Positions 17,561 to 26,135 of a stretch of DNA of 27,394 nucleotides are shown here, in pieces. The DNA lies in IMG/VR virus record IMGVR_UViG_3300025530_000046, positions 1 through 27,394 of that record. One strand, written 5' to 3'. The notes below the pieces were generated by a model. The model made no database searches. It saw only the letters and a program-made list of their open reading frames with translations, and was not told the DNA's origin. Within the stretch, counting starts at the first letter, position 1; each line of letters starts with the position of its first letter. This stretch comes from a virus (taxonomy: Duplodnaviria; Caudoviricetes). The translations under genes and the position numbers were made by a program.

Positions 17561-17616
17561 TTTTCGGGGAGCCGGGGTCAATGAAGCGCTATCTGCTTGG
17601 CGCCTCTATTATCCCA

Positions 17617-18081
17617 CTAGATCGTCGGGTTGGGGTCAGTCGGCTCGTCTGTCGAATGACGGAACTGTACCTCGATCCAGAGCACGCCCATGACGGTGCG
17701 GTCCCCGTAGGTCGTCATGTCGATCTCGTTGTTCGTGAGCTGGGTATCGACAGCCAGGCCGTCCCACTGCCTGTTCCTGGAAACGACCTGCTCCACAACC
17801 GTCAGCACCATTTCACCGAGATGCCCCGGAAAAGGGTCGTCCCGGTTGACCGTGATCCGAAACTCGATGCCGACCGTCATGTTGCGGACGGTATACGGGT
17901 ACAGGTGCGAGTACCGCTCCGGCCCCGGCACGATGCCTATCGAGAACCGTTTGCGGTGATCGGCTTCCCCCAGCGGACCCAGCTCGACCGTGGAGAACTT
18001 GATCGGCCAATCGGGCGGCTCGACCGCCTGAAACTTGGCGATCATCGTGGTCAGTATCCGATGGCGGACGCTTTCGGCCAT
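17617..18081 (-). CDS. Putative tail terminator/completion protein
   Basis: 154 aa, GGAGG RBS, S.R..I N-terminus, position upstream of the tail tube. Confidence 0.6.
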   Translation of the reverse strand: MAESVRHRILTTMIAKFQAVEPPDWPIKFSTVELGPLGEADHRKRFSIGIVPGPERYSHLYPYTVRNMTVGIEFRITVNRDDPFPGHLGEMVLTVVEQVVSRNRQWDGLAVDTQLTNNEIDMTTYGDRTVMGVLWIEVQFRHSTDEPTDPNPTI

Positions 18082-18091
18082 GGCCGCCTCC

Positions 18092-18736
18092 TCAGTTCGT
18101 CAGGAAATGCCGGACCATGCGATCCATGGCCCGCTCCACAAAGTGCGGAAGCCCCGTATTAATGGTCTCCCGCAGACCGAGACGGGGCGGGATGGTGGTC
18201 GTCTCTCTGAGTAGATAGAGCGGCACGATCTGGGTCGCCCGCTTCTGGAAGATGATGAGGTTACCAGCCTTGGTCCGGGCGACGAATGTGTTCTCCCAAT
18301 CCCTGGCGGATTTCTTGAGCGGAACGCCACGCTCATCCAGCGCCGGAGGAAGCGGGATCGTCAGGTACTTGGCTTCCTTCGCCTTGATCGTGGCCCCGAA
18401 CTCGTGGATCACGCCAGGAAACCCGACCGTGATGTACGCTTTCAGGGACCGCCACGTCTGACCCTTGACGGTTACGCTGCGCTCCAGGGAACTGACCAGC
18501 TGTCCGGTGCGACTGGAGAGGCTCTTATCGGTCGTCCCGCTCGGCCATGGCATACCGTGACGGGAAGCTAGAGCATGGGCCACGCTATCCAGGAACTCCT
18601 TCAGCTCCTGGCTCATGACCTTGGCGGAGCCGTCCCAGTCCTTCTGCAGCTGCCGGGCAAACGCCTCCAGGCCCTTACGGGCATCGTTGAAGCGCCTGTT
18701 ACGGAACCGGACCTGGAACTGGAATGAGGAAGCCAT
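18092..18736 (-). CDS. Neck/tail completion protein (HK97 gp10/Mu gpG-like)
   Basis: RTG.L..S, IHEFGATI.AK..KYL.IP, and IP.R motifs; GAGGAGG RBS. Confidence 0.7.
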   Translation of the reverse strand: MASSFQFQVRFRNRRFNDARKGLEAFARQLQKDWDGSAKVMSQELKEFLDSVAHALASRHGMPWPSGTTDKSLSSRTGQLVSSLERSVTVKGQTWRSLKAYITVGFPGVIHEFGATIKAKEAKYLTIPLPPALDERGVPLKKSARDWENTFVARTKAGNLIIFQKRATQIVPLYLLRETTTIPPRLGLRETINTGLPHFVERAMDRMVRHFLTN

Positions 18737-18743
18737 GGCCTCC

Positions 18744-19355
18744 TCACATCGGCAGCAGGGCCATGGGTGCGTAGCGGAGATGACGGTGGATCAGCGCCGC
18801 GTACTGGGCTTCCAGCACAGGCGTGTCGAGCTTGATCCCGACCTCCGTGATGCTCGGATTGTTCGCAATGTGGATCAGGCAGCGCAGCTTCGCCGCTTCC
18901 TGCAGCCAGCTCGGCACCTGGTCGAGGTTGTAAGACTGATCGTTGTCCGGGTCAGGCTCGAAACCCGCCTGGTACGTGAACCTGACGTACTGCTGGGTGA
19001 AGCGGGTCGTGAAATCGGTTACCACCCCACGCTCAAGATCGACCGCCATGGAGCCGGTAACATTCTTGGACGCGCCGCTGCTGAAACCACCCGCCTCTAC
19101 CACCTCTATGGTCGGAGCCGAGGCTAGAAAGCCCCGGCTCAGCTTGAACTGTGTCTCCGAATGCGCTCCCTGAACGAAGCCAGGTCGGTAGACCCAGAAC
19201 GTGTCCGTCACATCGCTCCGCTCAAAGCTCGTCTGCAAGACGGATGCGATCTGGTGCTCGGCAGCATGAAGGGACATCTCGATAGCCGTGTTGATGTCCG
19301 TCATGTCGTCGTAACCGAGACTCTCGCGAATGCTCTGAACGGATGCGAGGAGCAT
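18744..19355 (-). CDS. Head-tail connector/adaptor (gp6-like)
   Basis: LAS...IR..LG, F.Y.AGF, VP.WLQEAA motifs; second gene after the capsid. Confidence 0.7.
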   Translation of the reverse strand: MLLASVQSIRESLGYDDMTDINTAIEMSLHAAEHQIASVLQTSFERSDVTDTFWVYRPGFVQGAHSETQFKLSRGFLASAPTIEVVEAGGFSSGASKNVTGSMAVDLERGVVTDFTTRFTQQYVRFTYQAGFEPDPDNDQSYNLDQVPSWLQEAAKLRCLIHIANNPSITEVGIKLDTPVLEAQYAALIHRHLRYAPMALLPM

Positions 19356-19356
19356 C

Positions 19357-19890
19357 TTAGACCTCCACAGCCCCCTTGGTGGTCGGGTCGTTCTGGGCCG
19401 GTTCCTTGACCTCGACCGGCTCTTCCTTCTTGACGCGCTTGATCACCACGCCGCCCTTCTTCGTCTGGCTCTCGGCCTCATCGAGTACGGGCTTTGCCTT
19501 GATGTTCAAGGCGTTGTCCCTCTCCTCAGCCGTAATATCGTAGCCGAGAATCTTCTCGAGGGCTGCGACCTGCGGCTTGCCGGTGGCGGTATAGGCATCC
19601 TCGTCATCGGGATCGAGCTGATCAGCCGCGGCGCGGATCGCCTGATAAAGCTCCTCCTTGCTCTCCGGGCGCTTGCTTTCAGCCTTCGGAGCTTCCTGCT
19701 CCACCTCGGCCTTAGCTGAAGCCTCCTCCACCTTCCCGGCAAGAAGATCGTCAAGGCCAATGATCTCGAACCTGGGGTCCTGCATCAGGACTCGGGCGGT
19801 CGCGATATCGACCTCCACTTCCTGACCCTGTTCGTAGAGTGTGTCCCCTCTGTAGAGGCGCTTTGGCTTCTTGAGTTTTGCTTTCAGCAT
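19357..19890 (-). CDS. Hypothetical head-associated protein
   Basis: 177 aa directly after the capsid gene; small N-domain and a T.TGKP.V.AL...LG..IT..ERD helical module. Confidence 0.6.
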   Translation of the reverse strand: MLKAKLKKPKRLYRGDTLYEQGQEVEVDIATARVLMQDPRFEIIGLDDLLAGKVEEASAKAEVEQEAPKAESKRPESKEELYQAIRAAADQLDPDDEDAYTATGKPQVAALEKILGYDITAEERDNALNIKAKPVLDEAESQTKKGGVVIKRVKKEEPVEVKEPAQNDPTTKGAVEV

Positions 19891-19908
19891 ACCGCTCTCC
19901 TAGCGTTC

Positions 19909-19948
19909 AAAAAATGCGGGGCCAGATTAATCCACTGACCCCGCATTT
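19909..19948 (-). terminator. Rho-independent terminator after major capsid gene
   Basis: Minus strand AAATGCGGGGTCAG-tggattaat-CTGGCCCCGCATTTTTT. Confidence 0.8.
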
Positions 19949-19961
19949 GCAATTAATTGCG
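19948..19961. repeat. Palindrome copy, 1 mismatch, intergenic
   Basis: TGCAATTAATTGCG, abutting the capsid terminator. Confidence 0.9.
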
Positions 19962-19973
19962 CTTCACAGCTTA

Positions 19974-20948
19974 TTAGGAAGCGATGTTCTCGTAGACGAC
20001 GAGAGCCTCGGGCTCCTCGATCTGGAAGTCGATGCGGCAGGTCAGAACGATGATGTAGACGCGGGACGTGATGTCCTTGTCAAACTCCATCGAGACCTGG
20101 CGCTGAATGCCGAAGATCAGGTTCAGCGGGTCAGTGAACATGCCCTTGTCCTCCGGCATCAGAGCCACGCCTTCCACAGGCGAGCCGTAAGCGAAGGTCG
20201 GGCTGGTGCCCTGGGTCATCTGGTCACCGAGGGCCGTGCCGCGGTCGGCCAGCGTGTCGCGGTACTCGGTCTCGTTATTCACCGAGACGAAGTGCTTCAG
20301 AGCCGCCTTGTTACGCTGGTACTGGCTCGGCATGGCCTTCAGGCCGCGCTTGAAGACGCTCTTGGAGATAGTCTCACCATCAGCGTCCACAACGTTGCCC
20401 TTATCGGAGCCGATCTTCAGCCAGCCGTCGAGCTGGGACAGGTAGTCCTCGTCATCCTGGTCAGCGCCATTCGTGTAGTCGGTGTCGGCCAGGAGCGCCA
20501 GCTCTTCGAGGTCGAGCGCTGCACGCTCAGCGATCAGGTCGATGATCGTCTGACGGAGACCACCCGGACCGGTGTTCGAGGCTTCGTTGTTGGCAGCCGT
20601 CGCCCGCTCGATGTTGTCTTCCAGAACATCGTAAGGCAGACGCACCTCAGCGATCTGCTCTTTCGTGCTGAGCTCGATCTGCTCGGTCGTCGGCTTGGAG
20701 CGCTGCTGCTCGGTCAGCGCAGTCGCGGAGACCGCCTTGCGAAGGATGCGGCTGCCGAAGCCGATCTTGTTGATCTTACGCTTCGAGGCCAGCATCTCGA
20801 CGACGCGGCACTGACGGATCAGCGTCGGCTGCTTGATGAGCTTGCGGATGAACGCCGCGCCCTGCTCAGGCGAGAGCTCACCGCCATTGGACTGCAGGTC
20901 CGCAATCGCGAGATCGGCCTTGCGGAGGAGGCTGCTGTTCGTGGTCAT
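19974..20948 (-). CDS. Major capsid protein (HK97 fold, XkdG/P2-like)
   Basis: GG.LSPEQ...FI, KI.FGSRILR, L.YDVLEDNIE, A.DLEEL...D, DGWLK, P.NLI.GI.R motifs; ATG 20948 with AAGGAA RBS; followed by a terminator. Confidence 0.9.
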   Translation of the reverse strand: MTTNSSLLRKADLAIADLQSNGGELSPEQGAAFIRKLIKQPTLIRQCRVVEMLASKRKINKIGFGSRILRKAVSATALTEQQRSKPTTEQIELSTKEQIAEVRLPYDVLEDNIERATAANNEASNTGPGGLRQTIIDLIAERAALDLEELALLADTDYTNGADQDDEDYLSQLDGWLKIGSDKGNVVDADGETISKSVFKRGLKAMPSQYQRNKAALKHFVSVNNETEYRDTLADRGTALGDQMTQGTSPTFAYGSPVEGVALMPEDKGMFTDPLNLIFGIQRQVSMEFDKDITSRVYIIVLTCRIDFQIEEPEALVVYENIAS

Positions 20949-20992
20949 GCTTCTGTTCCTTCTCAATACGGATAGCGGTCTATTCTCCGCAC

Positions 20993-22435
20993 TCACGCGA
21001 CTTCGCGTCGTTCGTAGGCGGTGTCCAGAAGAGGCGGGAGAGACGGCTCGGACTTGGCGACACGCGCCACGTCACCACCCGCTTCATTGAACACGGTTCC
21101 GTTCAGTGCCTCGTCGGTCTTCTGGATACGGATGTCCATCTGATCGACGCGCTCGCTGAGCGTACCCACCTCCTTCTTGACCTCAGCAACAGCCGCCTCG
21201 ACCGACTTCTGGAGCTGCGCGATGGCATCCAGGATGTCGGTGTTGTCGGCCTTAGCAACTTCACCAAGGTCGCTCTCCTGCCCGGCAGCCTTCTGGGCTC
21301 CCGCGCCGGATTCCTCATCGGGCAGCTTCTTGCCCTTGCCCTTCTTGCCAATGTCGGCGTCACCCTCCTTGCGCACGCCACCCAAGCGGCCAAGGCCGGA
21401 GTCACCATCCGGGATCGAGCTCCCGTTGACACTGCCGAAGGTCGTGTTGTTGCGGTCGTCCTCCGTCGCACGGCGCGTGGCTTCATCGCTGTCCGTGGGC
21501 GGGGCGGCAAAACCATCGGGGTCACCAGGCTCATGACCCTTGGGATCGGGCAGGCCCTTCACCTCTTCCTTGCGAGCCTCTGCGGGACCTTCATCGGGGT
21601 TGCCGGTGGTGGACTCGCCCGGAACGGCGTTCACAGCAGTGTTGGCCAGATCATCAGCAGTAGCGCGAGGATCAGTGCCAGTGCCCTTGCCGTGCTCGAA
21701 GCCAGCGCCCGTGCCGTTTTTCCCGGCATCGGCCTTCTCGACCTCTTCCTCAGCAACCTCGACCGGAGCCTCATCCCCGAGGGGAAACTTCGACTCGGAC
21801 TTGGCGAGCTCGAACTCCATCTTGAACGCCTGCATGGGGACGTTCTTCAGGAGCATGGTCATATAGCCCTTGAAGTCGTCGATCGCCTGACCGATCTGGT
21901 TCGACGCATCTTCAGGGGAGGCCGCCTTGTAGAGGATGTTGGCGATGGTGGTCGCCAGGGCGTCCTTGGCAACGCAGATGGACGGGTAAACACCCTCGGT
22001 AGCCATGACGACATTGAAGTCCGTGGAGCCGTAGGAGAAGTCGTCGAACAGCTTCTTCACATGGGTGATGACCAGGCCGACCTCATCGGACACCTTCAGC
22101 ACGACGGTACTCTTCGCCTTGTCGGCATCGGCCTTCGCAACCGTGATGCAGTCGCCCGTCTCATTCTTGACGAACTGCTTCGGATCGAGACCGACAGACT
22201 TGAAGATTGCCGCAATCTTGTTCAGGTCAGCACCCTTGGCAATTACGGCTGCAACGATCTCGGGCTTGGGGTCGGCCTTATGGAAAAACCGGCGACCAAT
22301 CTTGTGCAGGTCCAGCATTTCATCGTCCTCTTTCGTGATCCGAAACGGGATGCGATTGGCTCCCCGCTTGACCAGCGATACGAAGTTCACGTCCGTGTCG
22401 ATCAGCTCATTGGCCTTAATGCGCAGCTTGGGCAT
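20993..22435 (-). CDS. Capsid scaffold-like protein with N-terminal protease-type motif
   Basis: ATG 22435 with AAGGAG RBS; acidic disordered middle and C-terminal coiled coil; between protease and capsid. Confidence 0.7.
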   Translation of the reverse strand: MPKLRIKANELIDTDVNFVSLVKRGANRIPFRITKEDDEMLDLHKIGRRFFHKADPKPEIVAAVIAKGADLNKIAAIFKSVGLDPKQFVKNETGDCITVAKADADKAKSTVVLKVSDEVGLVITHVKKLFDDFSYGSTDFNVVMATEGVYPSICVAKDALATTIANILYKAASPEDASNQIGQAIDDFKGYMTMLLKNVPMQAFKMEFELAKSESKFPLGDEAPVEVAEEEVEKADAGKNGTGAGFEHGKGTGTDPRATADDLANTAVNAVPGESTTGNPDEGPAEARKEEVKGLPDPKGHEPGDPDGFAAPPTDSDEATRRATEDDRNNTTFGSVNGSSIPDGDSGLGRLGGVRKEGDADIGKKGKGKKLPDEESGAGAQKAAGQESDLGEVAKADNTDILDAIAQLQKSVEAAVAEVKKEVGTLSERVDQMDIRIQKTDEALNGTVFNEAGGDVARVAKSEPSLPPLLDTAYERREVA

Positions 22436-23117
22436 AGAGCACTCCTTCAACGAACGAGAACCGGTGAGCGTGGCCGTTGTCTTCTTCCGTGACCGTCCCG
22501 CGCAAAATGCGGTGCCTGGACCCATCTGGCCCGACATCGGTCCATCCGCCGAGGAAGTTTCCCTCCTCGTCGTATTTCACGAAGAACCTATGCTTGTGGC
22601 CATTTGCTTCATCGGTTTCCCCCTCGATGATCGGTGGAATTTCGAGTTCGATGAAATTCTCGACCCGGAAACCAACCCCATCGAAGGAGAACCCGTTGAG
22701 CTCACCCGATTTTACGAGAGCCCACACATCATCGGTGCATTTCACGCCGATAACCCATGAGCCTGGAATGAAAATCGGGTCGTCGTCCCGTGCAATGAAG
22801 CTCTCGACAACGTAGCAGCCGGACTCTTCCTGATTGTGGTTCAGGTCGATCTTGTTGACGAAGCCCTTCCGCATGAACTCGTACGCCATCTGCTTGATGG
22901 ACTCTCGAGTCATGAAATCTCCCTGGCTGTCAGGGAAACCCGGAGCATAGACCTCGCCAAATACGAGCTGCTCTTCCTCGTCGGTCTTCCGGATCGCGAC
23001 GGTGTGGTTGTCGTCGGAGACAGCGGGCGACGAAAAGCCCGAAAGGCCAAAGCCTTCCGTCTCTTCTCCGAAACCTGTCGCTTCCTTGAACAACGCTTCG
23101 CCTCGATCTCTGCGCAC
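22416..23117 (-). CDS. XkdF-like prohead serine protease (start uncertain; TTG 23093 has a GAGG RBS)
   Basis: EEQLVFGEVY.P..PDSQGDFM..E.I...AY.F, ID.NH, VVESFIA, GSWV, W..VKSGELNGFS..G match the XkdF family. Confidence 0.85.
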   Translation of the reverse strand: MRRDRGEALFKEATGFGEETEGFGLSGFSSPAVSDDNHTVAIRKTDEEEQLVFGEVYAPGFPDSQGDFMTRESIKQMAYEFMRKGFVNKIDLNHNQEESGCYVVESFIARDDDPIFIPGSWVIGVKCTDDVWALVKSGELNGFSFDGVGFRVENFIELEIPPIIEGETDEANGHKHRFFVKYDEEGNFLGGWTDVGPDGSRHRILRGTVTEEDNGHAHRFSFVEGVLYAQAAH

Positions 23118-23131
23118 GGTTAACGTGGCGC

Positions 23132-23159
23132 AGAATACTCACGCGCACGCGCGTCTCAA
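23132..23159 (-). promoter_or_regulatory. Candidate sigma70-type promoter for the protease-scaffold-capsid operon
   Basis: TTGAGA-N16-TATTCT in an intergenic gap, with a palindrome copy 8 bp upstream of the -35. Confidence 0.45.
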
Positions 23160-23167
23160 CGAGAATT

Positions 23168-23181
23168 TGCAATTAATTGCA
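23168..23181. repeat. Palindrome copy, exact, intergenic
   Basis: TGCAATTAATTGCA. Confidence 0.95.
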
Positions 23182-23243
23182 CGTCTCGGACTAGGAAATG
23201 ATCCAGAGACACTGAAGGACTGAATGTCTCTGGGTCACGTCTC

Positions 23244-24194
23244 TCAGGGGGACGAAACGAGCCCGCCCAGAGGGATTTCCTCCGTTACGGTTCCTACAAG
23301 CGCCAGAACACCTCGGCACCCCGGATGGTAAGGCGGAGAACCATAGCCCTCAGCCTGCATCTCCTCGAGGCTCATGGCATTGAGCTTGGCGAGACCTGCC
23401 TTGGACTGATTCGGCCATGGAGCAAGGCTCTTCAGCTGCTGCGGGTCCTGGGTTCCCAGGGCCTGCATCACCCTCCCGTATTCCTTCTGCACGTAGAACG
23501 TCTTGCCGTGCATGTACTGGCATACCGGGCAGGTCTTCTCGTCGAGCACCTCGTTGATCTGGTACGTCTCGATCTTCTTGTTGATCGCCTCGGCCAGGAA
23601 CCCAAGCGTGACCAGGCGGCTCGTCGTGAGGTTCGCCGCAATGTCGATGGCCATGCGCCCTGTGCCCATGACGGCTTGATTGAGGCGTTCGGCCATATCG
23701 TCATCCTTGCGGACCTTCTTTTTCTTGCGGGGACCGGCCTGCTCTGGGTTCTGCATCCCAGCCTCCTCCAGGTCCTCCGAGGACATGTCGTACTTGCGCA
23801 GCTCCTCCCGGCGAATGGCCTTATGCAGTTCCTGGCGCACCATCTCAGCCCCATGGAACTCAACCATGTCCGTCATCTGATCCAGGGCCAGCTGGATCGA
23901 GTACGGGAGCGACTGCTCGCGCTTGACGTACGAGGTGGCTTGGAGGCTTCCCGTCACGTTGTGTGCCCCGAACAGAAAGGAGCTGACGGCCAGCTCCTCC
24001 AGACGCTTCCGGTGCCGCTCCACCACCCCGAACATGGAGAGCTTGTTGGCAATGTCGTGGGCGTCGTCCCACTTGCGTGCCGCAAGCAACGGCCCGACCT
24101 GGCTAACGATGCGCCGCGCAACATGGTCCCATGCGGCATGCATGGTCGAGGCGACCGATTTCTCCAGAGCGAGGAACGCCTGCAGTTTCAGCAT
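23244..24194 (-). CDS. Head morphogenesis/minor head protein (SPP1 gp7/Mu F-like)
   Basis: LDEKTCPVC..MHG and PPYHPGCR motifs; directly after the portal. Confidence 0.85.
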   Translation of the reverse strand: MLKLQAFLALEKSVASTMHAAWDHVARRIVSQVGPLLAARKWDDAHDIANKLSMFGVVERHRKRLEELAVSSFLFGAHNVTGSLQATSYVKREQSLPYSIQLALDQMTDMVEFHGAEMVRQELHKAIRREELRKYDMSSEDLEEAGMQNPEQAGPRKKKKVRKDDDMAERLNQAVMGTGRMAIDIAANLTTSRLVTLGFLAEAINKKIETYQINEVLDEKTCPVCQYMHGKTFYVQKEYGRVMQALGTQDPQQLKSLAPWPNQSKAGLAKLNAMSLEEMQAEGYGSPPYHPGCRGVLALVGTVTEEIPLGGLVSSP

Positions 24195-24206
24195 GGCTCC
24201 CCCCGC

Positions 24207-26081
24207 CTAGTGATGGTGCTGATGCTCTGACTGCATGACTGCGATCGTGCAGCTCATCAATTCCCCAAGCCCCTCGAGGTCATAGGACGGGTCTATGAAC
24301 TGCAGGCTCGCGCAAGCCTTCTGGAACTCCTTCCTGCCACGCTCGTCTAGTGATGCAATTAACTTCACATGCTTGGCCAGCTCGGCAAAATCCCTGCCCC
24401 TCAGAGCTGCGAGCGTGTCGTGAGCGAGTGCAAGAACTCCTAACGGCGCGGCCTTCTGGGTCGAGGACGGTTTAGGAGCCTCGACTGGCGTTCCGTTGTC
24501 GCCGTTCAGGGTTCCAGCCCTATTGTCCAGCGTGTTGACGTGGACGATGTTGCCTTCCTCATCGACCGTCATGGCCGCATCAAAGGTGACCGGCTCTTCC
24601 GAGTACCGGATGCTCGTCTTGGCAACCTCGTTGATCTCGCGGATTATGTCGGAAGGCATCACATGGCTGGTGTTCATGGCAAGCTCGATGCCCTGCATCT
24701 TGAGCGAGGCATCCTCGATCACCAGCGGCTTCGACTTCATCCGATAGCCGGAGTAGCCCATGGCCGTGAGCAGCTTCATCGAGATAACCTCGTCGAACTC
24801 GTCGCGCTCCGGCTTGAAGACCTGGGCCTCGGCCACATTGTACGAGACATAAGCCGTCGCGAAGGCATAATCCGCGGCCTGACCGACGAAAATGGGCGGC
24901 AGACGGAAGGCGCGACGGATGCGCTGCTCGCACTTGTCGTCGTACTTCTCGAACATGCTGTCGTTCTGGCGCTCGCTGCCGAACCTCTCCACCGTGACCT
25001 TGGCCTGCAGCGGATGGTCCATCGAGCCACCGGTCGGCTCCACTTCGAGAACCTGAACTCGGTTCTTCGATAAGGCGCTTCCCAGGCTCATCTTCTGCTC
25101 AAGAGCCTGGCGCGTCTTGTCCTGCAGCGAGCCACCCTGAAGAATGATCAGCACCGGCGGGACACCGCCATTGTCGAAGAACTCCAGATTGAACTCCTCG
25201 GCCCTACGAGAGCCCAGGATCGAAGGCAGCTGGTTGATCCAGCGCGGCACTCCGTAAGGCGTCTTGGAGTCGGGCAGGCAGGTGAAGTGGATGATCTCGG
25301 TCGCCCGCTGGTTCGCTGGCAGCCTCTGGCCGGTCTGTGCCCAGACGCCCGTGTTCTTGTTCAGGTCACGCTGCACGCCGAAGTCCTTGAAGTAGACCAG
25401 CGTGACGCCGTTCAGGAGCTGGACGTACCGGCGCTGGCGCTCCATGACGGTAATGCGGACCTCGCGTCCGTTTCGGCGCATGACCTTCTCGACCGGTACC
25501 GGGTCGTCCAGCTTCAGGAGCCGCATCATCTTGGCGTCCACATGCCGGAGGAAGACGATCTGGTCCTGGGCGTTGCGCAGCACTTCGAGATAGGCGTTGC
25601 CCGTGCGCTCGTAGTCCCGACGCAGCTTCTGCCGGATGGTCATGAACGACTCGCCCGGCCACGGCTCAGCGAAGAACTGTCTGAGCTGCTCGATCTTCTC
25701 GTCTACGCTGTCATCGCCTTCCTCGGCGTCCGCGCGGATGAAGTCGTAGCCAGTGCCGTCGATGTTCGTCACCATGGCCTCGATGCAGGGAGACAGGGCA
25801 TTGTTCTCCTGCGCAAGGCGATCGAGGGTGCTAAGGTTGTAGGGCGGCTCCAGGACGCCAACGTCTCGGCTCGCACCGACATACAGGTCCTGGTATTCGT
25901 CCTCGGGCTGAAATGCGTTGCCCGCCACAGCATTGGCGGGCCGTTCCTGATTGAGCATCTGTCGGGGCAGCAGAGCCTTCTTGATCTCCTCTTTCGAGGG
26001 GTCAGCCCCAACCAGCCGGAAAATCTGCGCAGTAGGCCGTTCAGACTTTTGCGTGTCGGCCTTGTTTCCATCCTTGGCCAT
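24207..26081 (-). CDS. Portal protein (PBSX-like)
   Basis: EPPY....L, D...TGNAYLEV.RN, EIIHF, YGVPRW, N..FF.NGG.P, I..AFRLPP motifs. Start 26081 preferred (GAAGGG 7 nt upstream). Confidence 0.9.
   Translation of the reverse strand: MAKDGNKADTQKSERPTAQIFRLVGADPSKEEIKKALLPRQMLNQERPANAVAGNAFQPEDEYQDLYVGASRDVGVLEPPYNLSTLDRLAQENNALSPCIEAMVTNIDGTGYDFIRADAEEGDDSVDEKIEQLRQFFAEPWPGESFMTIRQKLRRDYERTGNAYLEVLRNAQDQIVFLRHVDAKMMRLLKLDDPVPVEKVMRRNGREVRITVMERQRRYVQLLNGVTLVYFKDFGVQRDLNKNTGVWAQTGQRLPANQRATEIIHFTCLPDSKTPYGVPRWINQLPSILGSRRAEEFNLEFFDNGGVPPVLIILQGGSLQDKTRQALEQKMSLGSALSKNRVQVLEVEPTGGSMDHPLQAKVTVERFGSERQNDSMFEKYDDKCEQRIRRAFRLPPIFVGQAADYAFATAYVSYNVAEAQVFKPERDEFDEVISMKLLTAMGYSGYRMKSKPLVIEDASLKMQGIELAMNTSHVMPSDIIREINEVAKTSIRYSEEPVTFDAAMTVDEEGNIVHVNTLDNRAGTLNGDNGTPVEAPKPSSTQKAAPLGVLALAHDTLAALRGRDFAELAKHVKLIASLDERGRKEFQKACASLQFIDPSYDLEGLGELMSCTIAVMQSEHQHHH
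24354..24367. repeat. Palindrome copy, 2 mismatches, intragenic
   Basis: TGCAATTAACTTCA. Confidence 0.45.
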
Positions 26082-26121
26082 GATCATACCCTTCCCGCAT
26101 CAGCATCAGGCATGACACCGC

Positions 26122-26135
26122 TGCAATTAATTGCA
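26122..26135. repeat. Palindrome copy, exact, intergenic
   Basis: (C)TGCAATTAATTGCA(G). Confidence 0.95.

Noticed and set aside
24207-24225. Portal C-terminal EHQHHH as an engineered His-tag
   Set aside because: Not six consecutive His and no vector sequence; probably natural.
1749-26135. Palindrome copies as a CRISPR array or IS ends
   Set aside because: Only 14 bp, mostly kilobases apart, no spacer periodicity, no cas or transposase, and no target duplications seen.
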